DNA of 64,000 nt from Candidatus Bathyarchaeota archaeon (GCA_963726255.1 CAVSBL010000002.1:1952001-2016000); one strand, 5' to 3'; positions 9,096 to 18,341 are shown, counted from the first letter of the stretch. A program made the numbers and translations. Notes: generated by a model from the sequence alone, not told the origin.

Positions 9096-9743
9096 ATGCT
9101 CTCCAAGAGCGACGTTGAAAAAATCCAGGCCGAGTTACTCTCCTACGACAAGGCAAGGGAGAAACTTCAAACATTAACCCGTAACGCGACTAGGTTATGC
9201 AGCTGGGCGATAATACAAGTTCACCGCGGAAAACTTGGCGAAGCCATCAAAACCCTCAACGAAGCAAAACGCTCACTCGACGAACTCCAAAGTCTCCTCA
9301 CCGCCCACTCTGAGCTGCCGCAATTCGGGCAAGTTCTCGTCGCTTTCCAAGAGTACGCGGAAGCAAAACTACTCTTCCACTTGAAAAAGAAAGGCACCAT
9401 AGCGTCCCTGCAAGACGTTGGCACTAGCAGCACGGCCTACCTCCTCGGCATGTTAGACTTCATCGGCGAAATGCGCCGAATGATCCTCGACGCGCTCAGG
9501 CGGGCGGACGCTGACCAAGCTCAGAACCTACTCACAAAGATGGAGAGCCTATACGAAGAACTCATGTCCCTCGACCGAACATCAATCCTTCCGAACTTTC
9601 GAAGAAAACTTGATGCAGACCGGAGGATACTAGAGACTACGCGCGGCGATGTAGCAACCGACCTACGCCGCGTCTCCCTGGAAAAAGCACTCCGCAGCGT
9701 AGAACGCAAGCTTAGTTCCAGCGGCAAAACTAAACGCGGTTGA
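9096..9743 (+). CDS. Translin/Trax (C3PO) family protein
   Basis: DKAREK, AIIQVHRG, QEYAEA, YLLGMLDFIGEMRR motifs. Confidence 0.85.
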   Translation: MLSKSDVEKIQAELLSYDKAREKLQTLTRNATRLCSWAIIQVHRGKLGEAIKTLNEAKRSLDELQSLLTAHSELPQFGQVLVAFQEYAEAKLLFHLKKKGTIASLQDVGTSSTAYLLGMLDFIGEMRRMILDALRRADADQAQNLLTKMESLYEELMSLDRTSILPNFRRKLDADRRILETTRGDVATDLRRVSLEKALRSVERKLSSSGKTKRG

Positions 9744-9744
9744 A

Positions 9745-10407
9745 ATGCCAATCCGGATTCCAAGCAGGATCTCACCTCGCGCAGCGATAGCCCTTCAGGA
9801 GAAACTCGCGTCACTCGTCAGTGAGACCACCGACCTTCCAGAGAAGACTGCCGGCCTAGTAGGTTGCGATGCGACATACTTCCGCGAGACGACTGTAGCC
9901 GCAGCGACGCTCGTCGATTACGACAACCTTGCACTTCTCAAAACCAAGTGCCTAAGGGAGCGGACTAGGTTCCCCTACATCCCTGGCTTGCTGGCATTTA
10001 GAGAAGGCCCGGCTGTCTTGCGAGCGATTCGAGCATTGAGAACCAAATCATACGTTTGCCTAGTGGACGCGCATGGGTTAGCCCATCCACGAAAATTTGG
10101 CTTAGCTTGCTTTGTCGGCGTAGCTTTGAACCGTCCCACAATTGGAGTGGCAAAAAGCCTGCTCTATGGTTGGGTTCGGGGAAAACAGGTAGTTGATCGT
10201 GAAGGTTATCCGATCGCAGAGCTCGTCCCGTTGCCGCAGAGTGAGAAAATGGTCTATGTGAGCGTCGGACACAAAGTATCCTTAAAGGACGCTGTGGAAA
10301 TTATCAAACACTGCCTTACCGCACGAGGGCCGGCTCCAATCATCTTCGCACACGATGAGGTAACGAAAAGCAAATGGCAACTCAAGAAATCAAACCCAGC
10401 CTCCTAA
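9745..10407 (+). CDS. nfi: Endonuclease V
   Basis: GCDATY, FPYIPGLLAFRE, VDAHGLAHPRKFGLA, PTIGVAK, YVSVGH. Confidence 0.95.
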   Translation: MPIRIPSRISPRAAIALQEKLASLVSETTDLPEKTAGLVGCDATYFRETTVAAATLVDYDNLALLKTKCLRERTRFPYIPGLLAFREGPAVLRAIRALRTKSYVCLVDAHGLAHPRKFGLACFVGVALNRPTIGVAKSLLYGWVRGKQVVDREGYPIAELVPLPQSEKMVYVSVGHKVSLKDAVEIIKHCLTARGPAPIIFAHDEVTKSKWQLKKSNPAS

Positions 10408-11078
10408 TCACGCTTTACAAACTGATCGAAGTCGGCGCTTACCCAGACGAAGTAATTTTCACAACAAGCGAGCTAGCAAAGCTTCTCGGCGCGTCCCAGC
10501 AAACCGCCTCCCGGCACTTAATTGAACTTGAAAAGATGGGGTTAATTCACCGCGTCCGCTTGGGCAGGCGGGAATCAATCAAGATTACCACTGGCGGCGT
10601 CAAACACCTCGACAACATGTTCCTAACCTTGAAGCGGGCTTTTGAGATGAAGAAAACTGAAATCGTGTTCGAAGGCGCCGTCTTTTCGGGGCTCGGGGAG
10701 GGCGCGTACTACATGAGTCAGGAGGGTTACCGGAAACAGTTCACTGAGAAGCTAGGTTTTGAGCCATACCCTGGGACCTTGAACCTTCGAGTACGGAAAG
10801 AGAACCAGGAAGAAGTGCGCATGCTTGAGGCTTCACCATTCATACTCATTGAAGGCTTTACGGACGGAAACCGGAGCTTCGGCCCTGCAAAATGTTTCCA
10901 CGGAAAAATCGCCGACAAAATAGAAGGAGCACTCATCTTCCCCGTTAGAACCCATTATTCGGGGGACGTAGTTGAAATCATCTCACCCGAACAGCTGCGA
11001 AAGGCGTTGCACTCAAAAGACGGGGACACGGTCAAAGTTAGGGCGTTTACCTCAGTTCCTAAACGACCTTCCAACTAA
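10374..11078 (+). CDS. ribK: CTP-dependent riboflavin kinase with N-terminal wHTH (RbkR-type)
   Basis: HTH SQQTASRHL; SGLGEGAYY, PYPGTLN, PVRTHY, EIISP. Confidence 0.93.
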   Translation: MATQEIKPSLLITLYKLIEVGAYPDEVIFTTSELAKLLGASQQTASRHLIELEKMGLIHRVRLGRRESIKITTGGVKHLDNMFLTLKRAFEMKKTEIVFEGAVFSGLGEGAYYMSQEGYRKQFTEKLGFEPYPGTLNLRVRKENQEEVRMLEASPFILIEGFTDGNRSFGPAKCFHGKIADKIEGALIFPVRTHYSGDVVEIISPEQLRKALHSKDGDTVKVRAFTSVPKRPSN

Positions 11079-11201
11079 CCGACACATACCGTCGAACTAG
11101 ACATCTACTCGCACGTGAATGTATTGGCCAGAATACACATTCAATGGTAAGGTGTCCTACACCCCAATGCCGTCTCTAAGCAATTGAAACCGAGTTGGCT
11201 G

Positions 11202-11834
11202 TTAGCGGGGTTCCTCAGAGAACTTCTGCCTGAGCGACGAGGAGCTTGCATATTTCTCATGATCGAATTTTGAGAGCTTCACGATCTGAATCTGTAGCTT
11301 GTGCCTTTCAATGATTTCACGTACGGTGTTCTCTAGTTTTTCTTGATCGTAGCCAAAGGCTACTATGTTTGGCATGACCTCCATCAAAACTTGCTCAAAA
11401 CCAAACCCAACGTCCTCATAACCCAAGATTGCCTTGTCAACGGGCTTCAGGCCCTCGACGAGTGCCCGTCTATCATTTTCTGGGAAGAGGGGTTTGCGGC
11501 CCTTCAACACTTCAACCGTCACATCGGTCGCGACAACTGCGACCAGGACGTCGCCGAGAGACTTCGCTTCGCTCAATGCAGCTAGGTGGCCTAAGTGAAG
11601 GACATCATAAACTCCGCCGGCCAAGATGACTTTGATTTGGCTGCGGCCTTTATCTGTCAACGAGTAGTGGAGGTCGCCGCTCTCATCCTTCGTCAGATAC
11701 CCAAGGTTTAGGAGATTTTGAAGTTCAGATCTGCCCGCCGATATTTCAAACTCTTGCTGGGTGAAGGGTCCGTGCCTGAGCTGCAAAAGGTATGCTGCTT
11801 TGATGAAGGATTTTAGATCCTCTGAGCTCATCAC
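11202..11834 (-). CDS. ribL: FAD synthase (cytidylyltransferase family) with N-terminal wHTH-like extension
   Basis: GGVYDVLHLGH, KPVDKAILG, GYDQ, SSS motifs; next to ribK. Confidence 0.85.
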   Translation of the reverse strand: MMSSEDLKSFIKAAYLLQLRHGPFTQQEFEISAGRSELQNLLNLGYLTKDESGDLHYSLTDKGRSQIKVILAGGVYDVLHLGHLAALSEAKSLGDVLVAVVATDVTVEVLKGRKPLFPENDRRALVEGLKPVDKAILGYEDVGFGFEQVLMEVMPNIVAFGYDQEKLENTVREIIERHKLQIQIVKLSKFDHEKYASSSSLRQKFSEEPR

Positions 11835-11888
11835 GCCACAGCCGCCAAATATACTCGTGCCCTAGAGACAAAATCTCCACTAAAGGGC

Positions 11889-12173
11889 TTATTGGGTTTC
11901 TGTCTCGACATTTCTGGTCAGGTTCAGAAATTTCAACGCGTCGAGCAACCCTTCTGCATATGCGATTGATGCCAACGCTGTTGTGGGTTTACCGCTCGTG
12001 AGATAGAAGCGGGCGTCTTGCAAATAGCGATGTATGGCGTCTGAAACCTTTGCAATGTTTGCAACTTCTACCACTCTGCATTCTTTCAGGGGATTATTTT
12101 GTTGAAGGGCCTTCTCCATGGTAGCGATGTATCTGCGTGCGCGTTCCGCCGAGTCTTCGCTAGGCTGGCTCAT
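11889..12173 (-). CDS. DUF357 family protein
   Basis: YLQDARFY...ALASIAYAEGLLDA. Confidence 0.85.
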   Translation of the reverse strand: MSQPSEDSAERARRYIATMEKALQQNNPLKECRVVEVANIAKVSDAIHRYLQDARFYLTSGKPTTALASIAYAEGLLDALKFLNLTRNVETETQ

Positions 12174-12973
12174 TGCCCTATTGTCACCAGTTCTTTTCGG
12201 GCTCCGCAGAGTAGCTGAAGTGCTTCTGCTTCAACAAAGTGGAGTTGGCCTGGGAAAATCATGACGTAAGGTGGTCCCCCGAAATCAGTTTGCTCCAGTT
12301 CTGAGACGGTGCCAGCTTTGATTTTCATGTCGGGTGCTTCGAGGCGGGAGATTCCCACTGCCAGCGTTTCGGTGCCGATTGGGCTGATTGAGCTCTGCTT
12401 GGAGGCGTTGAGGAGTTGCCTTAGGGCTTCGGGGATTGTGATGTGGTGTTTGTTCTCGACATCCACTTCCAAGAGCACGAGCGAATGCAGCCCCGAAGAG
12501 AAGTTGCCCTTTATGGCTATGTGGACGCTTTCGGGAAATTCCCCCTGCCAAGAAGCGGGGATGGTTACAGTTCTGCCGAACTTATACGACTGCAGCCCCG
12601 CTACTCCTGCGGCTGCTGAGCCAACAGAGGCAGCGTGAACTATGCTCGTTCGGACCCCAGCTTTGTGTGCACGTAGTCGCAGGTCCACATGGGTCGTTGC
12701 AACCATGGGATCACCTGGAACCAGAAATCCAACCTTCCCACCCTTAGCCTTGGACAGTATTACCTGCTCAGCTCGTTCTTCGACGTCAACACGTGAGAGA
12801 ACCTGCACCGTTTTTCCAACGGTTTTCATAAGATTCTCCAGGTTCAGGCCGGGCATCACACTGGTATAGAATTCCGCAAAGAGATAGGTGCATGATTTCG
12901 CCTCCGTTAGGCCTCGAAGCGATAGCCCAAATTCGTCGTATAGGCCTAGACCGATGAAGACTAGCTCTGCCAA
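12170..12973 (-). CDS. dph5: Diphthine synthase
   Basis: FIGLGL, EFYTS, GDPMVATTH, GLQSYKFGRTVT, GLHSLVLL, DFGGPP. Confidence 0.95.
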   Translation of the reverse strand: MAELVFIGLGLYDEFGLSLRGLTEAKSCTYLFAEFYTSVMPGLNLENLMKTVGKTVQVLSRVDVEERAEQVILSKAKGGKVGFLVPGDPMVATTHVDLRLRAHKAGVRTSIVHAASVGSAAAGVAGLQSYKFGRTVTIPASWQGEFPESVHIAIKGNFSSGLHSLVLLEVDVENKHHITIPEALRQLLNASKQSSISPIGTETLAVGISRLEAPDMKIKAGTVSELEQTDFGGPPYVMIFPGQLHFVEAEALQLLCGARKELVTIGQ

Positions 12974-13046
12974 CGCAAACCACTCTGGCTTGACCTTTAC
13001 GCGAACAAGGCTTTAATGCGTGGGGAAACTTTCAGAAGCTTCCGGT

Positions 13047-13173
13047 GGGTCCGTAGCTCAGCCAGGTAGAGCGGCGGATCGGGCGCGAGCCGAAGCTCTT
13101 AGCAACCTGAGGGATACCCGAAGGTCGAGAGCCATCAAAGGCCGACAGGGTTCAAATCCCTCCGGACCCGCCA
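13047..13173 (+). tRNA. tRNA-Lys(CTT) with three introns, CCA encoded
   Basis: Removing 13078-13094, 13102-13115 and ~13130-13148 gives 77-nt GGGTCCG TA GCTC AGCCAGGTA GAGC G GCGGG CTCTTAA CCCGA AGGTC GAGGG TTCAAAT CCCTC CGGACCC GCCA. Confidence 0.88.
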
Positions 13174-13364
13174 TCAAATCCGGATTCAAAAGACGTGAGC
13201 TAGAGTAACCCGCTTAAGATCGGCCTGGCTTCCGAGTTATGCCTGTTACACACTCCGCAGGGATAGAGGCCTTCCCTCCTAACTCATATCGTGCAATTTT
13301 TTGTGGGCTTCCCTAATGGTGCGCACACATACAGAACTGTGAAATTCATGACTAGATCTCTGTC

Positions 13365-14291
13365 TTGATGTGGGCTGGAAGGATGGGCTGGCTGAACGAT
13401 GTCTACGGACGGACGATTGTGACACGAACCGATTGGTGGAAGACGTTGCCTCGGAAGATCTACTCGGAACTTCAGAAACTCGAATCCGACCAATTATGGT
13501 TCGAAGTCTACAAGATTGAACCCGACATCTACGTCTTCTACGAGTCTGGCCAGTACGAGGAAGCGATATCCTACCTTGTAGTCGGAAATGGAAAGGCAGC
13601 CCTAATCGATACTGGATGCGGGATAGGTAACGTAAAGCTGCTCGCTGAAGGGTTTACACAATTGCCCATCGTGGTCGTGAACACACACAGCCATTACGAC
13701 CACGTAGCACAGAACTATATGTTCAAGGAAATTGCACTGTTTGATGCGCCGAATGCACGCCAAGCCGCCGAAAACGGTTACAGCAAGGCCGAGATGTCTC
13801 ATCTTCTCGCCGAAGGGATGCTTTGGAAGACTCTGCCTCAGGGTTTTGATTCAGAGAACTACCACGTGCCCCCCTTCACGGTGACCTCATGGCTGCAGGA
13901 TGGCGATATTATCGATCTGGGGGACAGGAAGCTGGAGGTCATCCATACTCCAGGCCACAGCCCTGACTCCATATGCCTGCTCGACAGAGAGGCTAAGCTG
14001 CTCTGGACAGGGGATACTTTCTACACTGGTGCACTCTTCGTTCACCTGCCAGGTAGTGACCTCAACCTCTTCATCAATAGCTACGAGAAACTGATTGCTC
14101 TCTCTCGTCTTTACCAGAGACTTATGCCCAGCCACAACGAACCCTGGGTTGACAAGACGATTCTTGAGGAAGTCCTTGGAGGGGCCCGAGAGATTAGGGC
14201 TGGCAGGACAGGATACACCGAAGACCTCGAAGGCACTAGGATCCGTAGGTACGACTACTCACGTTTTTCAATCATAACCAAAGCCCGATGA
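13365..14291 (+). CDS. MBL-fold metallo-hydrolase
   Basis: IDTG, THSHYDH, HTPGHS, GD, PSH motifs. Confidence 0.9.
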   Translation: MMWAGRMGWLNDVYGRTIVTRTDWWKTLPRKIYSELQKLESDQLWFEVYKIEPDIYVFYESGQYEEAISYLVVGNGKAALIDTGCGIGNVKLLAEGFTQLPIVVVNTHSHYDHVAQNYMFKEIALFDAPNARQAAENGYSKAEMSHLLAEGMLWKTLPQGFDSENYHVPPFTVTSWLQDGDIIDLGDRKLEVIHTPGHSPDSICLLDREAKLLWTGDTFYTGALFVHLPGSDLNLFINSYEKLIALSRLYQRLMPSHNEPWVDKTILEEVLGGAREIRAGRTGYTEDLEGTRIRRYDYSRFSIITKAR

Positions 14292-14396
14292 GTAAGCCAG
14301 GCCTAGCGCCAGGCCCCTCTAACCCATTTCTCAAGCTCGTCTCGAACGTGCATTTAGCCGCTAGCATGCCAGCTGGGTAAATCTCTAGAAGCTGCG

Positions 14397-14618
14397 ATGA
14401 TGTATGCTATGGCGGGAGTAACTATGACTGAGGACAAAGGTGCTGTTTTGGCTAAGATGGACGCTGCAGCGGAGGAAGCAGAAAAAGAGCTCGCAACATT
14501 GGACCAAAAAGCTGTCGAAGTTTTAGCCGCATGGTGGCTTAAGTGGTACATTACCGCGGGACACAAACGTTTAGGTAGATTGCTCGTAAAGATAGCAAAG
14601 TCTGCAGCTAAGAAATGA
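14397..14618 (+). CDS. Small helical hypothetical protein (start possibly the internal MTEDK)
   Basis: Protein-like composition; AWWLKWYITAGHKRLGRLL motif. Confidence 0.6.
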   Translation: MMYAMAGVTMTEDKGAVLAKMDAAAEEAEKELATLDQKAVEVLAAWWLKWYITAGHKRLGRLLVKIAKSAAKK

Positions 14619-14757
14619 AAGATGACCGGTCTTTTCTTAGAGCACAGGCATCTCGATGGTCAACGAGCACACCATTAGACCCATGCACAATCCGATACTA
14701 TCCAGTACCGATAAGTAGTGAAATGCACGTTTTCCATTTCACTAAGGCGAATCCGAA

Positions 14758-15201
14758 TTGACAGGAAAAGCGTTTGCATTATTCACTTCGAGAACAATCA
14801 TCGTTCACATCATCACCTACGTGATCGCGGGCATCGTGGCTTACTGGGTTCAATGGGGCGGTGTGTATGGTGGGCCTGCAATGCAAACGTACATGAAAGC
14901 TCCAGGCGAATTCGCCCCGTGGGTGATTCCCTCTCTGGTTCTGCGGGGATTCATTTTGGCGGTAGCGCTCTACCCGTTTCTCGGCAGAATTCTTGAAATG
15001 AAACGGTGGGGTTGGCTGTCCGTCTCCTCACTCTACCTACTCATTGGGACAGTAGCTGGAAGCGGCGGTATCATCGTTCACATCGTCTTCACAACTACTC
15101 CCATACTCTTTACTTTGGAAACGCTTCCGGAGATAACTGCGCAAGGGTTGATGTTCGGATATCTACTGGTGTACTGGGAGCAGCGGTCGCATCGGAAATG
15201 A
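14758..15201 (+). CDS. Membrane protein, unknown function
   Basis: 147 aa, about 4 hydrophobic helices. Confidence 0.7.
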   Translation: MTGKAFALFTSRTIIVHIITYVIAGIVAYWVQWGGVYGGPAMQTYMKAPGEFAPWVIPSLVLRGFILAVALYPFLGRILEMKRWGWLSVSSLYLLIGTVAGSGGIIVHIVFTTTPILFTLETLPEITAQGLMFGYLLVYWEQRSHRK

Positions 15202-15264
15202 ATTGTCTATTTAAACCGTCGTTGGTTTGACGGTGTGTGGCACTATTCGTGTGTCGCTGAGTGA

Positions 15265-15303
15265 ACCCACGATATTGGTGGGTTCGTATCCCACCGGCCC
15301 CAC
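15265..15303 (+). repeat. att-like copy 1 (tRNA T-arm/acceptor 3' end preceded by an inverted core arm)
   Basis: ACCCACGATATTGGTGGGTTCGTATCCCACCGGCCCCAC, near-identical to 51410-51448; its 3' part matches 15901-15926. Confidence 0.85.
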
Positions 15304-15335
15304 AATTGTTCGCTATGAGAGATAATTCATTGGCC

Positions 15336-15587
15336 TCAAAGGTACGCTGTTTCGCGTCTAGCGATTTTGAAAACGAGAATTTCATCTTTTGTCAGTGTTG
15401 CGTACAGGATTCTATAGTCGCCAACTCTGACCCTGTAGGCATTTGGTGCTCCTCTGAGTTTTCTGCAACCTGCGGGATAAGGCGTTCGGGAGAGTTCGGA
15501 TATCTTCTCTTCGAGCCGCCTTCTTACGTCTGAGGAGGTTTCCCGAAGAGCTTTCGCTGCCTTGCGTGACAGAAAGACCCTGAACGC
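15336..15587 (-). pseudogene. RelE/ParE-family toxin lacking a canonical start codon
   Basis: (A)FRVFLSRKAAKAL...KLRGAPNAYRVRVGDYRILY...VFKIARRETAYL; GCG sits where GTG/ATG is expected, with an in-frame TAA six codons upstream. Confidence 0.7.
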
Positions 15588-15766
15588 TTGCGGGTCCTTG
15601 ATTTAAGCGGCCTGAAAGTGACAGTCCTGCCTTCGCGATGTTCCTTCATCGCTTCCTCAAGCGCCTTCTTATCGTCAGCTGTCATTTCTTCCCCGAGTAC
15701 CTCTTCTATTGCTTCAAGCCTTTCCCTAATGAGATGAAGCTCCTTTTCGAGAATTAGCTTCGACAT
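15524..15766 (-). CDS. Antitoxin of the RelE-type module
   Basis: LEKELHLIRERLEAIEE...DDKKALEEAMKEHREGRTV, typical archaeal RelB-like; lies upstream of and overlaps the toxin. Confidence 0.7.
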   Translation of the reverse strand: MSKLILEKELHLIRERLEAIEEVLGEEMTADDKKALEEAMKEHREGRTVTFRPLKSRTRKRSGSFCHARQRKLFGKPPQT

Positions 15767-15900
15767 GGCAACTTAACAATCCGGCTCCCGTCTTTAAATC
15801 GTTCTCCTCAAGTGCCAAACCAGACAGCGCACCCACGGGTTGTTTGATTTCCGTTACTAGCCGTCTAGTGGTGGAAGAAGTTGTCTGAACCCACTATGTC

Positions 15901-15946
15901 GTGGGTTCGTATCCCACCGGCCCCACCACTCTCGTGGGTACAATCA
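15901..15946 (+). repeat. attL-side repeat plus inverted arm
   Basis: GTGGGTTCGTATCCCACCGGCCCCACCACT (15901-15930), then TCGTGGGTACAATCA (15932-15946), the reverse complement of 51403-51417. Confidence 0.88.
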
Positions 15947-15951
15947 GCAAC

Positions 15952-15959
15952 TATATAAG
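15952..15959 (+). promoter_or_regulatory. Putative TATA box of the integrase
   Basis: TATATAAG about 30 nt upstream of TTG 15990. Confidence 0.5.
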
Positions 15960-15989
15960 TCCAATACAGACATCGCGCCTCGATGTCAG

Positions 15990-17489
15990 TTGCCGTACAA
16001 AGGCCTTGATGCACTGAAGGTGAGGATTGACGACCCTACCGTCCGAGCGTGGGCGGACAAGCTCAAACCCAAGTCACACACAAAACTGCACTCGTTCATT
16101 CTGTTCTGGGAGTGGGCGAAGAAAAGGAAGGAAGAAGACCCTAAGACCGGGAAGATGCGGCGAGTGGGCTATTGGGCCACAGCTCACGAGATGCTTGCCG
16201 ACCATTGGCGATGCATGCAGTCCAAGCAAGCCGAACGACCCTACAAGCACCTTGAGATCGTCAAGAAATACTTGAAGAGCAAAGGTACAAGCCCGAGTGA
16301 CCGCAAGATTGCTCTGAGCTCCATTCGGGCTTTCTACCGCGCTCACAAGCGACCATTGCAGGAGTTAGACAGCACGGAGTGGGAGGACGTTTTCGAACCA
16401 ACAGCGGTTGATTTGGAGCGGAAAAGGGAGCTAACACGCCCTCTCACGACGGCGGAGGTAGCCATGCTAGTTCGCGCCGCCAAGATGCCCTACAAAGCAG
16501 TTTTCCTAGTAATGTTTCAAGGAGCTATGGACGCGGCCGCCTTAGAGCAGTTTAGTGGCAGTCTCTGGCATGACAAGGACAACTTTGACGTGAAAGATCT
16601 CGACCGACTTGGCCCAACCAAGATTGGAGGTTTGATTCGGACGAAGACTATGAGTCGCCAGACAGCGTGCGGAGGCGACATCGACGTTTACTACACTTTC
16701 CTTAGCGAAGATGGAAAGCGCCACCTGAAGCAGTGGTTCGAGGAGAGGCGCGAAATGTTGCAACAGGCAGGGTTGACCGATTCGCCGTATCTTTTCCTGA
16801 ACTGGCGGCGCGGCGGACGGCAGAAATTCCATTCCGATCTCGCGCCGGTCAGCGGAAATACCATTGGTAAGACGGTTACAGGTCTAATCAAGAGACTCGG
16901 TCTCGTTCATCCACCTGAGAAGGCAAAGCGGTCTTCCCGGGTCAGATATTATTTCCACGGCCATGAGCTGAGAGACTGCTTCAAGAGCCAATGCTCGCCC
17001 CTCGGGGTAAGTGAGATTGCCAGCGAGTTCTTCATGGGGCACAATATTGATCGGCTTGGTTACAATAAGTCACCCTACAGCGACGAAGGCTTCAACTTTT
17101 TCCGTGGAGAATACAAGAAAGTGATGCAGAGCCTCGAGATCATTTCCTATCCACCAACTGCGGAGGGTAAGTTCCAACGCAAAGAGACTCTAGCTGAGAT
17201 TAATCGTCAAAACCTCCTGCTCAACAAGGTTCCGCGAAAGGTGGTTGACGGATACACTGTCGAGCAGTTAGCATCAATGACGGTCGAGGAAATGCGACGG
17301 TTGATACGGACGGGCGGGAAGGACACTCAGTCAGACACGGCGACGGACGGAAACGGCTGGGAGTCGGGGCAGCAGAAGGTCGTAACGGCCACAGTGCTGC
17401 GAGAGTGGATAGAACGCGGCTGGCGCTACGTAGACACCATTCCATCTACGGGCGAGGTCATCATCCGCTACCCGGAGAGTTCTTCGTAG
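15990..17489 (+). CDS. Tyrosine recombinase/integrase
   Basis: YYTFLS, HELRDCFKS (HxLR), FFMGH, YNKSP (catalytic Tyr); adjacent to att site. Confidence 0.9.
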   Translation: MPYKGLDALKVRIDDPTVRAWADKLKPKSHTKLHSFILFWEWAKKRKEEDPKTGKMRRVGYWATAHEMLADHWRCMQSKQAERPYKHLEIVKKYLKSKGTSPSDRKIALSSIRAFYRAHKRPLQELDSTEWEDVFEPTAVDLERKRELTRPLTTAEVAMLVRAAKMPYKAVFLVMFQGAMDAAALEQFSGSLWHDKDNFDVKDLDRLGPTKIGGLIRTKTMSRQTACGGDIDVYYTFLSEDGKRHLKQWFEERREMLQQAGLTDSPYLFLNWRRGGRQKFHSDLAPVSGNTIGKTVTGLIKRLGLVHPPEKAKRSSRVRYYFHGHELRDCFKSQCSPLGVSEIASEFFMGHNIDRLGYNKSPYSDEGFNFFRGEYKKVMQSLEIISYPPTAEGKFQRKETLAEINRQNLLLNKVPRKVVDGYTVEQLASMTVEEMRRLIRTGGKDTQSDTATDGNGWESGQQKVVTATVLREWIERGWRYVDTIPSTGEVIIRYPESSS

Positions 17490-17659
17490 ACGAGGTCGTT
17501 CCAGCCCTCCAGCTTTGCGCGGAGCACGGCCAGCGGGAGTTCATCCGGCTCGTCCAGCACTCTTTGAACCAGCCTGCTAGTTGGAGCTAGTCGACCCTGC
17601 GTTTGTAGTCCGCGGAGAAACGCCTTGTAAGGTCGCAGATCGACCATATCCTCGGGCAA
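17468..17659 (-). CDS. Small hypothetical protein
   Basis: 63-aa ORF directly downstream of 17669..17926, convergent with the integrase. Confidence 0.5.
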   Translation of the reverse strand: MPEDMVDLRPYKAFLRGLQTQGRLAPTSRLVQRVLDEPDELPLAVLRAKLEGWNDLVYEELSG

Positions 17660-17668
17660 CGTGCGACA

Positions 17669-17926
17669 CTACTGCTTCTTCTCGTCTGGCTCATGGAAAG
17701 GCTTGGTCCGGATGTCGTCCTTGATGAAGCTCTTCGCGGCCTCGTCCATGACCTTTGTGCGGATGAGTTCACTCATGCTTTCTTGAGTGAGCTTGCCGAG
17801 GTCTCCGAGTCCGACAATGTCTGCCGGAGAGTAACCCGCGAACATCAGATGATACTTGTTTATCTGCGCGAGAGTCTTTGTCTTGCTCGGCTGCTTTTCT
17901 TGCTCCGGGTCCATCGGCTCTGTCAC
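17669..17926 (-). CDS. Small protein resembling the integrase C-terminal helical segment
   Basis: KTLAQINKYHLM...LGKLTQESMSELIRT vs integrase ETLAEINRQNLL...LASMTVEEMRRLIRT. Confidence 0.65.
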   Translation of the reverse strand: MTEPMDPEQEKQPSKTKTLAQINKYHLMFAGYSPADIVGLGDLGKLTQESMSELIRTKVMDEAAKSFIKDDIRTKPFHEPDEKKQ

Positions 17927-18341
17927 TATCTTGTTGATGCAGACTGGTGTCTTATTTGGGTTTCAAGGGGGCGAGTTTGGACTAGCCTGTTACCTTGAAA
18001 ACTGAATGGGGGTGGCAGTATCCCTATACGAAAACGTATGGGGATGACGAGAATTTCGCCTACTTCTCGCAAGGCGCAAGGCTTTCAATAGTCGATTTCA
18101 TCGGTGCGCAGTCCGGAGGGATTCATCACTTTTTTAGTGCCGAATCCGATATTTCCAACTCCCTTTCACTGCAGAATACGTCGGCTGATTGAATCCCGGC
18201 TGTAATTTCAAGCTACATTTCTGCGTTAATTCTGTTTCGACAGCTAGTAGGTCCGAAGGAACTCACTAGCGTATACGTATGCGTATACGCGGTGGGTCTT
18301 CACAATCCTCAGATTAGGAGAAGACAAAGCTCTTCCGAGCC

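Noticed and set aside
13020-13208. 62-aa ORF
   Set aside because: Overlaps the tRNA-Lys gene; spurious
15855-15928. Complete tRNA ending at att copy 2
   Set aside because: T-arm and ACCA are present, but the 5' acceptor strand pairs only 4/7, the D-arm is too short and U33 is absent; treated as an att site only
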